DNA of 64,000 nucleotides from an uncultured Rikenellaceae bacterium (GTDB taxonomy: Bacteria > Bacteroidota > Bacteroidia > Bacteroidales > VadinHA17): contig CAYYIW010000003.1 of assembly GCA_964472085.1 (NCBI GenBank), positions 2,893 to 66,892 of the forward strand. The letters run 5' to 3'. Numbering within the stretch: the first letter of the stretch is position 1; each line of letters opens with the position of its first letter. The position numbers and the translations under genes were made by a program. This document shows positions 17,919-28,631 of this stretch, piece by piece. Under the pieces are notes generated by a model. That model saw only the letters and a list, made by a program, of their open reading frames with translations. It did no database searches and was not told where the DNA came from.

Positions 17919-20366
17919 TTACTCAAGGCTCTTCAAAATCTGTTCCAAAGCTATAAAATCTGAGCAAAGTACTTCCCTGGCCTTACTCCCTTCAAATGGT
18001 CCTACAATACCTGCTGCTTCAAGCTGGTCGATAATTCTGCCTGCACGGTTATAGCCTATTGACAGTTTACGCTGGATAAGCGATGTTGATCCCTGCTGGT
18101 GTTGCACAACGAGCCTGGCTGCTTCATCAAACATAGGATCCCTTTTACGAAGATCAATATCTGTAACCCCGGAGTCAGCATCATCAATATATTCCGGCAG
18201 ATGCATTGCATCAGCATATCCCGTCTGGGAGCCTATAAATTCAGTAAGTTCCTCTATTTCCGGGGTGTCGATGAAAGCACATTGTACCCTTACCGGCTCA
18301 CTGCCTGAAGAGACCAGCATATCTCCGCGGCCGACAAGCCTGTCAGCGCCTGTGGCGTCGAGAATAGTCCTTGAATCAATTGAAGAAAAGACACGGAATG
18401 CTATCCTGGTCGGGAAATTTGCCTTTATAAAGCCTGTTATGATATTTGTTGATGGCCGCTGTGTAGAAATGATAAGATGAATACCTATGGCCCTGGCCAG
18501 TTGTGCCAGCCTGCCAATCGGGCCTTCAATTTCCCTGCCAGCGGTCATAATGAGGTCGGCGAATTCATCAATAATAAGTATTATATAGGGTAGATATTTA
18601 TGCCCTTTTTCAGGATTTAGTTTCCTGGAAATGAATTTTTCATTGTATTCCTTAATATTCCTGGACTGTGCAAGTTTAAGGAGCTCCAGCCTGCTGTCCA
18701 TCTCGATGCAAAGAGAATTAAGAGTATTAATAACCTTCTGTGTGTCAGTTATTATTGCATCATCTTCGCCAGGCAGCTTGGCAAGGAAGTGCCTTTCTAT
18801 CTTCTCATAAAGAGGTAATTCAACACGTTTGGGATCTATCAGTACAAATTTAACTTCCGCAGGATGTTTCTTGTACAGGATGGAGGTAATGATGGCATTG
18901 ATGCCCACTGATTTTCCCTGTCCTGTAGCACCGGCAACCAGTAGGTGAGGCATCCTTGTCAGGTCCACAATATATGGTTCATTGGTTATTGTCCGTCCAA
19001 GGGCAAGGGCTATCTCTGCCTTGGTTTCCTGAAATGATTTGGATGTTATCAATGATCGCATCGAAACCATTTCAGGATTTTTATTCGGGACTTCAATACC
19101 CACTGTTCCCCTTCCGGGTATAGGTGCAATTATCCTGATACCCAGGGCCGAAAGGTTCAATGCAATATCATCCTCAAGTGATTTAATGCGAGCAAGTCTG
19201 ACACCTCTTTCGGGTACTATCTCGTATAATGTTACAGTAGGACCTACAGTTGCTGCTATACTCTTGATCGCTATCTTGTGGTCACCAAGTGTCTTTATGA
19301 TGTTTTCCTTGTTTTCAAGAACCTCAGTATTATCAAATGCACTCTCCGATTTGTGCTCCTTAAGGATAGACACCGGAGGAAACCTGTAATGTGAAAGATC
19401 AAGACGCGGATCGTAATTACCCATCATCCTTTCCACTTCCTTATCCGAAAGGTTATCATCCGTAAAAGGCCTCGAGATATTGATAGGTATTTCTTCTTCA
19501 TTACCCTTTTCCGGTCCTTCCTTATTAGCAAAATCACGGATTATTGATCCGCCCCTGAATGGATCCCCGGTATATTCATCACCCTTATCATCTGTATCAG
19601 TTGAGGTCCTGACAACAAAGTCTATATCTTTTTCATTTTTAAGATCGTTATCCGAAGTAACCACGTTTTGGGTCCCAGTTTCCCCCGTACCCGTCAGGTC
19701 GGTGGCATATGTAACATTTATACCGGCTTTTTGCCTTCCCTGTTGCATAAAGGATGGCATCTTTATTCCAAGGGAACCAGGTCGTAGATGCAGTGCCAGG
19801 ACCAGGTAGGTAATAGTCACGAAGACGAGAAAGATACCAGTTCCTATCATGCCCATAAAAGCATCAAGCCATCTTGTAATGAGATAGCCCTGGGCCCCGC
19901 CGGGACCGCTTATCAGGTAACCGTCAGCTTCACCAAAGATAAATCCGAGAAGAAGTGAAATAATGATTGCTGCAAAAGCAAATTTTGCAACAAGTCTCAC
20001 GGGTCTGATCTTTGGAAAATTAAGAAGGTAAAGTCCCAGAGCACCAAAAATAAGTGGTACAAAGAATGCACCGAATCCGAATCCGTACCCGATAAGAAGC
20101 TTTGCAAGGTAATGCCCGCTTTTACCCGCCCAGTTCTTTACAGCGACATTGGCACCGGAGATGATATCAGCATCGGGGAGACTCTGATCCGTTTTCCACC
20201 AGAAAAGGTATGCCACACATGCCAGCAGAAGGTACAGGGCAAAACCTGTAATCAGTATCCCGAAAATAAATTTTACTCTTTCATCAGTGAAAAAAGATCT
20301 GGATTTACCGCTAGTCTTTGAAGCTTTAGTAACCTTTTTGCCTCCATCTTCCTTCACTTTACTCAT
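17919..20366 (-). CDS. ftsK: DNA translocase FtsK
   Basis: N-terminal TM region, PHLLVAGATGQGKS, IIDEFADL, TQRPS, gamma domain LIQRKLSIGYNRAGRIIDQLE. Confidence 0.97.
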   Translation of the reverse strand: MSKVKEDGGKKVTKASKTSGKSRSFFTDERVKFIFGILITGFALYLLLACVAYLFWWKTDQSLPDADIISGANVAVKNWAGKSGHYLAKLLIGYGFGFGAFFVPLIFGALGLYLLNFPKIRPVRLVAKFAFAAIIISLLLGFIFGEADGYLISGPGGAQGYLITRWLDAFMGMIGTGIFLVFVTITYLVLALHLRPGSLGIKMPSFMQQGRQKAGINVTYATDLTGTGETGTQNVVTSDNDLKNEKDIDFVVRTSTDTDDKGDEYTGDPFRGGSIIRDFANKEGPEKGNEEEIPINISRPFTDDNLSDKEVERMMGNYDPRLDLSHYRFPPVSILKEHKSESAFDNTEVLENKENIIKTLGDHKIAIKSIAATVGPTVTLYEIVPERGVRLARIKSLEDDIALNLSALGIRIIAPIPGRGTVGIEVPNKNPEMVSMRSLITSKSFQETKAEIALALGRTITNEPYIVDLTRMPHLLVAGATGQGKSVGINAIITSILYKKHPAEVKFVLIDPKRVELPLYEKIERHFLAKLPGEDDAIITDTQKVINTLNSLCIEMDSRLELLKLAQSRNIKEYNEKFISRKLNPEKGHKYLPYIILIIDEFADLIMTAGREIEGPIGRLAQLARAIGIHLIISTQRPSTNIITGFIKANFPTRIAFRVFSSIDSRTILDATGADRLVGRGDMLVSSGSEPVRVQCAFIDTPEIEELTEFIGSQTGYADAMHLPEYIDDADSGVTDIDLRKRDPMFDEAARLVVQHQQGSTSLIQRKLSIGYNRAGRIIDQLEAAGIVGPFEGSKAREVLCSDFIALEQILKSLE

Positions 20367-20424
20367 CTTGTTTTAAATTTATTTTAACCGGTCTTACAGC
20401 CTGACCATGGACTTAAAAGCAACC

Positions 20425-20432
20425 CAAAGGTA
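20425..20432 (-). promoter_or_regulatory. -7 promoter element for ftsK-lolA
   Basis: TACCTTTG on the minus strand, about 58 nt upstream of the ftsK start. Confidence 0.45.
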
Positions 20433-20558
20433 TATAAATTTGATTCTTTCACAAAAAGGAAACATCTGAATTTATTGACTCCTGTAAGGATGGATTGACC
20501 GATATTTTCAGCCTTTAAAAAGATTTGCTTATCTCTGTCAGTGGTGGTATTTACCGTT

Positions 20559-21245
20559 TTATATATTCACCATTTTTTTGATGAATTTGTTTATGTTCTC
20601 CCTGGAGACTTTCATATATTTCTGTCTGCGTTGAAACATGGAATCGGGAATATCCTTTCTGTAGACTGTCTCTGCATCAAAGTGCAACACTGCATCTCCA
20701 ATTATAAAATAAAAACTCATAAGAACACCATCGATGCTCTGGTAAGGAGTCGCCGTATTTGGATTTTTTAAATTTATTTCATCTGTATACCATATGTTAT
20801 AAACCTTCTTCTCGTTCGAAGGAAAAGTTATTTCAGCATTTTTGCAGTCATATCCGCATATGACAGATGTTTTTGACGTTTTAGTGATAACCATGCTGTC
20901 CATAGTCTCAAAACCTGGAAAGATCTCGCCAGGCCTGGCTTCATAAAGCAGTCTTATTGTAAAGAGACTCAGGTAGGTATCATAAATATCCTCATCCGGA
21001 TTGGAAAGATTCATAATCCCTGAATTACCGAAGGGAGTGGACATTTCATATAATATTTTGTCCTTCTTGAATGATACTACAAGTGTCTTGGGCAGGATAT
21101 CCTTGGGCATAACACCAAAACTCCCTGTATAATCAATATTATAATGGATTTCCCCCTCATCAATATGTCTTCCTCCCCTTGAATTACAAGAGTAACATAT
21201 CAACGCGGCGATTAGTGCGATGATAAGTACATGGTTAACTCTCAC
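20559..21245 (-). CDS. Hypothetical lipoprotein (GLPGLI/DUF4412-like C-terminal region)
   Basis: Lipobox-like ICYSC; KTSKTSVICGYDCKNAEI...WYTDEI...IDGVLM resembles this Bacteroidota family. Confidence 0.6.
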   Translation of the reverse strand: MRVNHVLIIALIAALICYSCNSRGGRHIDEGEIHYNIDYTGSFGVMPKDILPKTLVVSFKKDKILYEMSTPFGNSGIMNLSNPDEDIYDTYLSLFTIRLLYEARPGEIFPGFETMDSMVITKTSKTSVICGYDCKNAEITFPSNEKKVYNIWYTDEINLKNPNTATPYQSIDGVLMSFYFIIGDAVLHFDAETVYRKDIPDSMFQRRQKYMKVSRENINKFIKKMVNI

Positions 21246-21440
21246 CTATCTGGTTGTATTTTGAAAGTTGTAAAAGTAATATTTTTTTTTAACTTCAACT
21301 CTTTCAGTTGATAATTATGTTCATTCTCTTTGAGTAATGTTGTGATGATGATCCGGGACATGTTTAAATTCCGGGTTGATGATAGTTGATCTTGTATTCG
21401 TACAGGTGCCGGAATACTAATAAATGATAATAAAAATAAA

Positions 21441-22409
21441 ATGAGTAGAAAGTTAGCTGTTGTTGCCCTTGGAGGTAATGCTTTGTTAAGAGATAACCAG
21501 GTCGGAACGATTGAAGAGCAGGAACAGAATACCACAGAGACACTTGAGAACCTTATATTTCTTATAAATGAAGGATATGACCTTGTTATAACACATGGCA
21601 ACGGTCCGCAGGTAGGAAATATTCTTATGCGAAATGATGCCGGTGAGCAGTTGTACAACATTTCACATATGCCTATCGATATATGTGTGGCAGATTCACA
21701 GGGCGGTATAGGTTACATGATTGAACGAATGTTCCGTAATGTGCTTAATAAACATGGCATTGATAAAAATGTTATAAGTCTTATTACGGAAGTGGTTGTT
21801 GATATCAACGATCCGGCATTCAGAGATCCCCAGAAACGTGTGGGACGAATTTACTCCAGGGAACAGGCTGATGATCTTACAGCCCGTAAGGGATGGATCT
21901 TCAGGGAAGAGGTAAAGGAAGAACGCGGATACAGAAGGGTCGTCCCATCTCCTAAGCCGGTTGGAATAATAAATGCACCGGTGATAAACGATCTGGTGAG
22001 AAAGGGTAACATTGTAATTGCAGCAGGTGGGGGAGGTGTCCCGGTCTATATAGATGAGCATAAAAATGTGAGACCGGCTGAGGCTGTGATCGACAAGGAC
22101 AAAGCATCCTCACTCCTGGCTACACGGATAGGTGCAGATGAGTTTTACATACTGACAGATGTGCCTTATATTTATTTAAATTACAGGAAACCTGACCAGC
22201 AGATCAGGGAGTTCCTGGACTATGCAGATACACTCAGGTACCTGGAGGAAGGCCAGTTTGCAAAAGGGAGCATGTTACCGAAGATTGAAGCCTGCCTGGA
22301 TTTTATTAAGCATGGCGGTAAAATGAGTGTTATCACCGAAGCTTTTAAACTGGCAGATAAGAAATATGGATCCAAGATAACGATGGAGTATGAGGATGAC
22401 AGGAGGTAA
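21441..22409 (+). CDS. arcC: Carbamate kinase
   Basis: VALGGNAL, THGNGPQVG, RRVVPSPKP, GGGGVPV, AVIDKD, GSMLPK. Confidence 0.96.
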   Translation: MSRKLAVVALGGNALLRDNQVGTIEEQEQNTTETLENLIFLINEGYDLVITHGNGPQVGNILMRNDAGEQLYNISHMPIDICVADSQGGIGYMIERMFRNVLNKHGIDKNVISLITEVVVDINDPAFRDPQKRVGRIYSREQADDLTARKGWIFREEVKEERGYRRVVPSPKPVGIINAPVINDLVRKGNIVIAAGGGGVPVYIDEHKNVRPAEAVIDKDKASSLLATRIGADEFYILTDVPYIYLNYRKPDQQIREFLDYADTLRYLEEGQFAKGSMLPKIEACLDFIKHGGKMSVITEAFKLADKKYGSKITMEYEDDRR

Positions 22410-22561
22410 ATACTGACCTGCTTTATGATCCTGTCTCACCTGTTAGATAAAAAAATAATCCCGTTAAGCATCTAATCGGTGTTTGGAAAGTCCCCGCTGT
22501 TTATTTTATTTATTAATTTTAACGATTCTTTTATAACGGGAAGCATAAACATCATAATGAA

Positions 22562-23563
22562 ATGAAGACAGTACTTAAAAACCGCAGCTTTCTCAAACTG
22601 CTTGATTACACTCAGGAGGAAATAGCATATCTCCTTGACCTCGCCGGAATTCTTAAAAAGGAGAAAAATGAAGGTGTTCAAATACAATATCTTAAGGGTA
22701 AGAATATTGCTTTGATCTTTGAAAAGGCATCTACAAGGACAAGGTGTGCCTTTGAGGTGGCGGCATATGACCAGGGAGCACATGTTACGTATCTGGGACC
22801 GACGGGATCACAGATAGGACAGAAGGAATCGATGAAAGATACGGCAAGAGTCCTGGGAGGGATGTATGATGGAATTGAGTACAGGGGATTCGGGCAGTCT
22901 ATTGTTGAAGAGTTGGCCAAGTACGCAGGTGTCCCGGTATGGAATGGACTGACTAACGAGTTTCATCCGACACAAATACTGGCAGATTTTCTCACCATGA
23001 AAGAACATTCGCCGAAACATCTGAACGAAATGGTTTTATGTTATCTTGGAGATGCCAGATTCAATATGGGTAATTCTCTTATGGTAGGATCAGCCAGGAT
23101 GGGCTTGGATTTCCGCATTGCCGCTCCGGAAGCTTACCAGCCTGAGGCCGGACTGGTGAAGCAATGCAGGGAGATCGCTACAGCAAGCGGAGCTGAGATT
23201 ACCATAACTGATGATGTCGAAACTGCCGTTAAGGGAGCTGATTTTCTGTATACTGATGTATGGGTATCGATGGGAGAACCTGATTCAGTATGGGAAGAAC
23301 GCATTAAGCTGCTGAAACCGTTCCAGGTTAATATGGATGTGGTACGGATGACAGGTAATCCCAATGTCAGGTTCCTTCACTGCCTTCCTGCCTTTCATAA
23401 CAGGGGGACCAGGGTGGGAGAGGAAATATATCTAAAATTCGGACTGAATGGGATGGAGGTTACCGAGGATGTCTTTGAATCTGAGCATTCGATAGTATTC
23501 GCCGAAGCCGAGAACAGGCTTCACACTATTAAGGCTGTTATGGTGGCTACACTTGGTTCCTGA
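22562..23563 (+). CDS. arcB: Ornithine carbamoyltransferase (catabolic by context)
   Basis: [31 protein letters not shown]; adjacent to arcC. Confidence 0.9.
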   Translation: MKTVLKNRSFLKLLDYTQEEIAYLLDLAGILKKEKNEGVQIQYLKGKNIALIFEKASTRTRCAFEVAAYDQGAHVTYLGPTGSQIGQKESMKDTARVLGGMYDGIEYRGFGQSIVEELAKYAGVPVWNGLTNEFHPTQILADFLTMKEHSPKHLNEMVLCYLGDARFNMGNSLMVGSARMGLDFRIAAPEAYQPEAGLVKQCREIATASGAEITITDDVETAVKGADFLYTDVWVSMGEPDSVWEERIKLLKPFQVNMDVVRMTGNPNVRFLHCLPAFHNRGTRVGEEIYLKFGLNGMEVTEDVFESEHSIVFAEAENRLHTIKAVMVATLGS

Positions 23564-23579
23564 TGCCCTGACAGGAAGT

Positions 23580-24059
23580 TCAGGATATCCATTCCTTTAC
23601 AAAATAGAAGGTGATAACAAAAGATGCAGCCAGTTTAAGGCCGATACCGGTCATGAATCCAAGGAGACTGCCGAAACCGGCTTTAACAGCATAGGCGACA
23701 TCGTCTTTAAACAGCATCTCTCCGACAAAAGCCCCTATAAGAGGACCTAAAATTATACCCATCGGACCCAGGAAAAAACCGATGATCAGACCTACTGTGG
23801 CTCCTCTTGTCCCGTATTTGGATCCGCCAAAACGTCTTGTTCCCCACACAGGAACAATATAGTCGAGTATTGTTACAATTGCAGCAATGCTGCCAAGGGT
23901 GATGAGTGTGGATGCTGAAAACTGGCCGAATCTGCTGAGGTGGAGTAAAATAAGTCCGAGGAAACTAATAGGAGGACCGGGTAACACGGGAACCAGGCAA
24001 CCTATTATTCCCATTATAATAAAAATTATCCCTAATATAAGGAGTAGATAATCCGACAT
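23580..24059 (-). CDS. DUF456 family membrane protein
   Basis: PVLPGPP, FGGSKYG and GPLIGAFVGE motifs. Confidence 0.88.
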   Translation of the reverse strand: MSDYLLLILGIIFIIMGIIGCLVPVLPGPPISFLGLILLHLSRFGQFSASTLITLGSIAAIVTILDYIVPVWGTRRFGGSKYGTRGATVGLIIGFFLGPMGIILGPLIGAFVGEMLFKDDVAYAVKAGFGSLLGFMTGIGLKLAASFVITFYFVKEWIS

Positions 24060-24095
24060 TAAGAAATTTTCTTAGAAAAAAAACGCTGGCAACAC

Positions 24096-24497
24096 TTACT
24101 TTTTTCCAAGATCATCAAATTCAACATTTGTAAATTCCTCAGTTGTGAGAGAGTCCTTTGGTTCTATGGGTTCTACTGCAGTGTTTTCAACATGAACATG
24201 TGGTTCATGAGTTCCGTTTCCTATAAATTCAACAGCATCTCTCAGACCATCTGTGAACTTCTCAAAATCTTCCTTGTACAGGAAAATCTTGTGTTTTTCA
24301 TAAAATACTTTGCCTTCTTTGCCTAAACGTTTTTTGCTCTCTGTGATTGTAAGATAATAATCTTCCTTGCGTGTGGCCTTTACATCAAAAAAGTAAGTCC
24401 TTTTTCCTGCCCGCACGATCTTGGTGAATATCTCTTCTTTTACGAGCCTGTCATCGTTCCCGTTTATGACTTCCTTGGTTCCTGCTTCGTCTTCCAT
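24096..24497 (-). CDS. DUF3276 / PUR-like DNA/RNA-binding protein
   Basis: RAGKRTYFFDVK, YYLTITESKK, YEKHKIFLYKEDF. ATG at 24497 preferred. Confidence 0.9.
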   Translation of the reverse strand: MEDEAGTKEVINGNDDRLVKEEIFTKIVRAGKRTYFFDVKATRKEDYYLTITESKKRLGKEGKVFYEKHKIFLYKEDFEKFTDGLRDAVEFIGNGTHEPHVHVENTAVEPIEPKDSLTTEEFTNVEFDDLGKK

Positions 24498-24730
24498 TTC
24501 TAAGTCAGTTAGTGTTAGGGTTTTGTTTTGTATTGTCAAATGTAACAAATATTTTTTCAAATCAAAATTGATGGTAATAATTGTAAATGATTAATTATTT
24601 TCCCTGTTATTGTTTATAATGATAAATTTTTTCATGGATTACTGAAAATTTATAGTGCTCAGATCGTGGTAATGAGCTAACGAAAGGGTCTAATTTTTAC
24701 AAAGTTGTTTTGACGATAAGGGAAAAAGAG

Positions 24731-24738
24731 TATTTTTG
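24731..24738 (+). promoter_or_regulatory. -7 promoter element for the nusB operon
   Basis: TATTTTTG(CA) 26 nt upstream of the nusB ATG. Confidence 0.55.
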
Positions 24739-24764
24739 CAGCGAAAATTTGAGGTTCTTTACAA

Positions 24765-25721
24765 ATGATAAGCAGGAGATTACTACGTATAAAAGCCCTT
24801 ATGGCTCTTTATGCTATTAACCGCAGGGATGACAATGATCTGGAAAAGGCGGAAGCAGAACTTATGTTCAGTATTAACAAGACCTATGAGCTTTATCATT
24901 ATCTGATTCTGCTTGTTCTTGAAATAGCGGATATAGCGCTTGAGAAAATAGATCAGGCCCTTCAGAAGTATATGCCTTCACTGGATGATCTTAATCCGAA
25001 AAGAAGGTTTGTCGACAACCAGCTGATCGCACAACTCAGAAAAAATACCTCTCTGATTAAATATATAAGTTCCAGTAAATTATCTTGGATCAATAATTCC
25101 CATATTCCCAGAATCCTTTATAACAAAATGATTACCTGGGATGCCTATGAGGAATATATCTCTTCTGAAATAAATAATTATCAGACAGATAAAAAATTTA
25201 TAATACGTATTATAACTGAATTATTCGCAGGATCTGAAGATTTGCAGTCAAGCCTTGAGGAACAGAGCATATTCTGGAATGATGATATGGAATATATTAC
25301 AGCAATGCTTGAAAAGACATTCAAGAAATTCAGGACTGATTCCGGAGAAGATGTACCGCTTATGCCGTTATTTAAAAATGATGAGGACAGGGAATTTGTG
25401 AAAATTCTTTTTAGAAAGGCTGTTCTTAACAGCGAAAAATATTCAGCTATTATTGACAAGAATACCACTAACTGGGAAGTAGAGCGCATAGCCCTGATGG
25501 ATATACTTGTTATGCAACTGGCCATCGCCGAGATACTGGAATTCCCGGAAATACCTGTTAAGGTTACACTGAACGAGTATATTGAGATCGCAAAATACTA
25601 TTGTACTTCTAAAAGCAGTACCTTTGTGAACGGGATACTGGATAAAATAGTAAAGGAGATAAGGGAAGAAGGACTGTTTAATAAACACGGCAGAGGACTC
25701 GTAGGAGAAACTTTAACATAG
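24765..25721 (+). CDS. nusB: Transcription antitermination factor NusB (long Bacteroidota form)
   Basis: MISRRLLRIK start; NWEVERIALMD, VTLNEYIEIAK, FVNGILD. Confidence 0.95.
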   Translation: MISRRLLRIKALMALYAINRRDDNDLEKAEAELMFSINKTYELYHYLILLVLEIADIALEKIDQALQKYMPSLDDLNPKRRFVDNQLIAQLRKNTSLIKYISSSKLSWINNSHIPRILYNKMITWDAYEEYISSEINNYQTDKKFIIRIITELFAGSEDLQSSLEEQSIFWNDDMEYITAMLEKTFKKFRTDSGEDVPLMPLFKNDEDREFVKILFRKAVLNSEKYSAIIDKNTTNWEVERIALMDILVMQLAIAEILEFPEIPVKVTLNEYIEIAKYYCTSKSSTFVNGILDKIVKEIREEGLFNKHGRGLVGETLT

Positions 25722-25833
25722 GAAGAAAATTTATCCGGGAGGATGCCCTGTCTTTATTACAGACACTGCCGGATTGAAAGATGTTTTAACTTTGAGGATT
25801 ATGCATAATTAATAAACTCAGAATTATTTATAC

Positions 25834-26268
25834 ATGAAAAAGTTATTGATTATATTACCTTTGGTCTTTTCCCTGATGATACAGGGTTGCAGGAGTGGTT
25901 CAGGCCAATCCGGGCAGGTAAAAACGGACCAGGTTGAGCCTGGCAAGGGGGCTCTTGTTTTTCGGGAGTATGAGCATGACTTTGGTAAGGTTGTCCAGGG
26001 TGAGAAAGTGGCATATACCTTTACTTTTACAAATGAGGGAAGTGAAAATGTGGTACTGGAATCAGTTACTACGAGCTGTGGCTGCACTGTTCCAAAGTAT
26101 GATAAAAAACCTGTAGTGCCGGGGGGAGAAGGAAGCCTTGAAGTAGTTTTTGATACATCGGGACGACAGGGAAAACAGACAAAGACAATTACTGTAAAAT
26201 CAAATGCATCAAAACCTGTAGTTCTTTTAAGAATTACTGCTGAAGTTGAAGATAATAATTTAAATTAG
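25834..26268 (+). CDS. DUF1573 domain lipoprotein
   Basis: Lipobox-like IQGC, HDFGKV, TSCGCT, QTKTITV. Confidence 0.9.
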   Translation: MKKLLIILPLVFSLMIQGCRSGSGQSGQVKTDQVEPGKGALVFREYEHDFGKVVQGEKVAYTFTFTNEGSENVVLESVTTSCGCTVPKYDKKPVVPGGEGSLEVVFDTSGRQGKQTKTITVKSNASKPVVLLRITAEVEDNNLN

Positions 26269-26293
26269 TAACACTTAATAAATAAATCAGACA

Positions 26294-26614
26294 ATGACCA
26301 ATTTTGCTTATTTGTTTTTAATGGCTCAGCCTTCCGGTTCTACCGGACAGAGTAATCCACTGGTGACTTTCCTTCCGCTTATTCTGGTGTTTGTGGTATT
26401 TTATTTCTTTATGATCAGACCCCAGATGAGAAAACAGAAAGAGATGACCAATTACAGGAACTCACTTAAAAAGGGAGACAAAGTCATTACTACAGGCGGA
26501 ATTCACGGAAGAATCATAGAAGTTAAAGATAGCCATGTAATGATGGATGCAGGCGGTGATGTCAAGCTTAAGGTTGATAAAAACGCTCTTCTCAAAGATC
26601 CTTCAGCGGATTGA
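26294..26614 (+). CDS. yajC: Preprotein translocase subunit YajC
   Basis: FYFFMIRPQ, LKKGDKVITTGGIHG. Confidence 0.95.
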   Translation: MTNFAYLFLMAQPSGSTGQSNPLVTFLPLILVFVVFYFFMIRPQMRKQKEMTNYRNSLKKGDKVITTGGIHGRIIEVKDSHVMMDAGGDVKLKVDKNALLKDPSAD

Positions 26615-26643
26615 GAAACCTGTAAAAATCAATTTGTATTACT

Positions 26644-27159
26644 GTGAACGGATTAGATGAAACAAGAACAGAACCTTCAAAGAAGAAGATTTGGGGGATT
26701 AACAGAAATTTGGTCACTTTTTCCTTCTTCCTTTTTCTGTCATTCATCTTCTGGTACCTGAATGCACTTGGGAAGGTTGTCGAGGCAGAGATAACCTATC
26801 CTGTGAATCTGACCAGCCTTCCAAAGGGTCAAACTGTGGAAGCGGAACATCCGTTAAAGCTCAATTTTTATCTGAAGGGTCAGGGTTATTCTCTCTTTTC
26901 ACTAAAAGTGCTTAAAAGAAAGACCCCGATGGATATTGATATTTCCAGTGTCAACTGTGTTAAGGTACCTGGCAGCAGGGGAGCAGATTATTATATTCTG
27001 ACCTCAGGGATCACCCGTTTGCTGTCACAACAGTTGCGATCAGAATGCGACATAATATCCATTAAGCCCGATACCCTGTTTTTTACTATGGGCAAGACAG
27101 CTCCTGCCAAAGGATCTCCGGGTACCGGATCTGAACCGGGGGAGAAGGGCAGAAAATAA
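26644..27159 (+). CDS. YbbR/CdaR-like membrane-anchored protein (short form)
   Basis: FLFLSFIFWYLNAL anchor and IKPDTL motif; conserved position between yajC and coaE. Confidence 0.65.
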   Translation: MNGLDETRTEPSKKKIWGINRNLVTFSFFLFLSFIFWYLNALGKVVEAEITYPVNLTSLPKGQTVEAEHPLKLNFYLKGQGYSLFSLKVLKRKTPMDIDISSVNCVKVPGSRGADYYILTSGITRLLSQQLRSECDIISIKPDTLFFTMGKTAPAKGSPGTGSEPGEKGRK

Positions 27160-27178
27160 TCTCCTGTTCAACTTGTAT

Positions 27179-27799
27179 ATGATGAAAAGAGAAGCGAGAT
27201 CCGGACTTAAACTTGGAATTACCGGGGGTATCGGCAGCGGTAAAACATCTGTATGCAGGGTGTTCAGCATACTTGGTATACCTGTTTTTTCCGCAGATCC
27301 TGTTGCCAGGGAAATAATGGATAATGACGATCAGGTAATAAAACAGATCAATATCATTACCGGCAGGGATATGTATGAAAAGGGAGAACTTGACCGGCAG
27401 GCACTTGCAGCACTTATTTTCAATGATACCAGTCTTTTAGAAAAAGTAAATACTCTCGTTCATCCTGTTGTGTTTGACTATTTCAAGAAGTGGAGACTGG
27501 AACAGGAAGCCCCATATGTGATTATGGAGGCAGCAATTCTTTTTGAGAGCGGTGCCTCGAAACTTGTTGACAGGATTGCCTCTGTCGTTGCTCCGGTGGA
27601 AGAAAGAGTAGCCAGGGTTATTAAAAGGAACAGGCTAACCAGGGAGCAGGTTCTGGAAAGGATCAGGAACCAGATGGATGATGAAGAGAGGATAAAACTC
27701 TCAGATTATGTAATCTATAATTCGGAAAGTGATATGATAATTCCAGCTGTTCTTAAGATACACGAAGATCTGGCGGCAGTGGCAAATAAAACAGAATAA
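27179..27799 (+). CDS. coaE: Dephospho-CoA kinase
   Basis: GITGGIGSGKT, LVHPVV, EAAILFE, RIRNQ. Confidence 0.95.
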   Translation: MMKREARSGLKLGITGGIGSGKTSVCRVFSILGIPVFSADPVAREIMDNDDQVIKQINIITGRDMYEKGELDRQALAALIFNDTSLLEKVNTLVHPVVFDYFKKWRLEQEAPYVIMEAAILFESGASKLVDRIASVVAPVEERVARVIKRNRLTREQVLERIRNQMDDEERIKLSDYVIYNSESDMIIPAVLKIHEDLAAVANKTE

Positions 27800-27802
27800 A
27801 TT

Positions 27803-28528
27803 ATGGGAATTTTTGGAAAATGGCTGGGAGGAGGTCTTGGTTTCGTAATGGGAGGGCCAATAGGAGGACTTCTGGGTTTTCTTGTAGGATCGATGATTGA
27901 CAGCACAACCGGACAGGTAACCTATACAACAGGATCCCCTTCAACACGCCAGGGGGACTTTGGAATGAGTCTGCTCGTTCTTGTTGCTGCCGTTATGAAA
28001 GCCGACGGAAAGGTAGTCAGGTCTGAGCTTGATTATGTGAAAAAGTTTTTTGTAGGACAGTTTGGAACTGAATCTGCCAGACAGGCCACCTTGCTTCTTA
28101 AGGATATTCTGAAAAAGGATATACCTCTTAGAGATGTATGCCTGCAGATAAGAAACCATATGGATTATTCCTCAAGACTTCAACTGTTACACCTCCTGTT
28201 CAATATCTCGGTAGCAGACAGTGCAATACATCCTTCCGAGGTGGAAGTGGTTGAAAAAATATCCTCATACCTTGGTGTCTCTTCAAATGATTTCCGCTCG
28301 ATTAAAAATATGTTTATACCGGAAACGGACTCTGCTTACAAAATTCTGGAAATAGAACGTTCCGCCACAAATGACGAGGTCAAAAAGGCTTACAGGAGAA
28401 TGGCTATGAAATATCACCCCGACAAAGTAAGTACCCTGGGTGAAGATATCAGGAAAGCAGCCGATGAGAAATTCAGGAAGGTAAACGAAGCCTATAACAA
28501 AATTAAAGAGGAAAGAAAGCTTTCATGA
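27803..28528 (+). CDS. DjlA-like TerB + DnaJ domain co-chaperone
   Basis: Gly-rich N-terminal anchor, VMKADG, C-terminal J domain with KYHPD. Confidence 0.88.
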   Translation: MGIFGKWLGGGLGFVMGGPIGGLLGFLVGSMIDSTTGQVTYTTGSPSTRQGDFGMSLLVLVAAVMKADGKVVRSELDYVKKFFVGQFGTESARQATLLLKDILKKDIPLRDVCLQIRNHMDYSSRLQLLHLLFNISVADSAIHPSEVEVVEKISSYLGVSSNDFRSIKNMFIPETDSAYKILEIERSATNDEVKKAYRRMAMKYHPDKVSTLGEDIRKAADEKFRKVNEAYNKIKEERKLS

Positions 28529-28631
28529 ACAGAATATTAAGGACAATTTAACAAATATGACATCAAAAAAATCACTAATATGCCGATTGTAATATTTCAA
28601 GAGTTAAATTTACAGGCAAAATTTATTAAAG

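Noticed and set aside
17919-20366. FtsK as an ICE or type VII secretion ATPase
   Set aside because: It has the N-terminal TM and gamma domains, sits next to lolA, and has no conjugation genes nearby.
21290-21330. Possible ArgR box upstream of arcC (TGATAATTATGTTCAT)
   Set aside because: Weak match in very AT-rich DNA and no tandem partner; likely chance.
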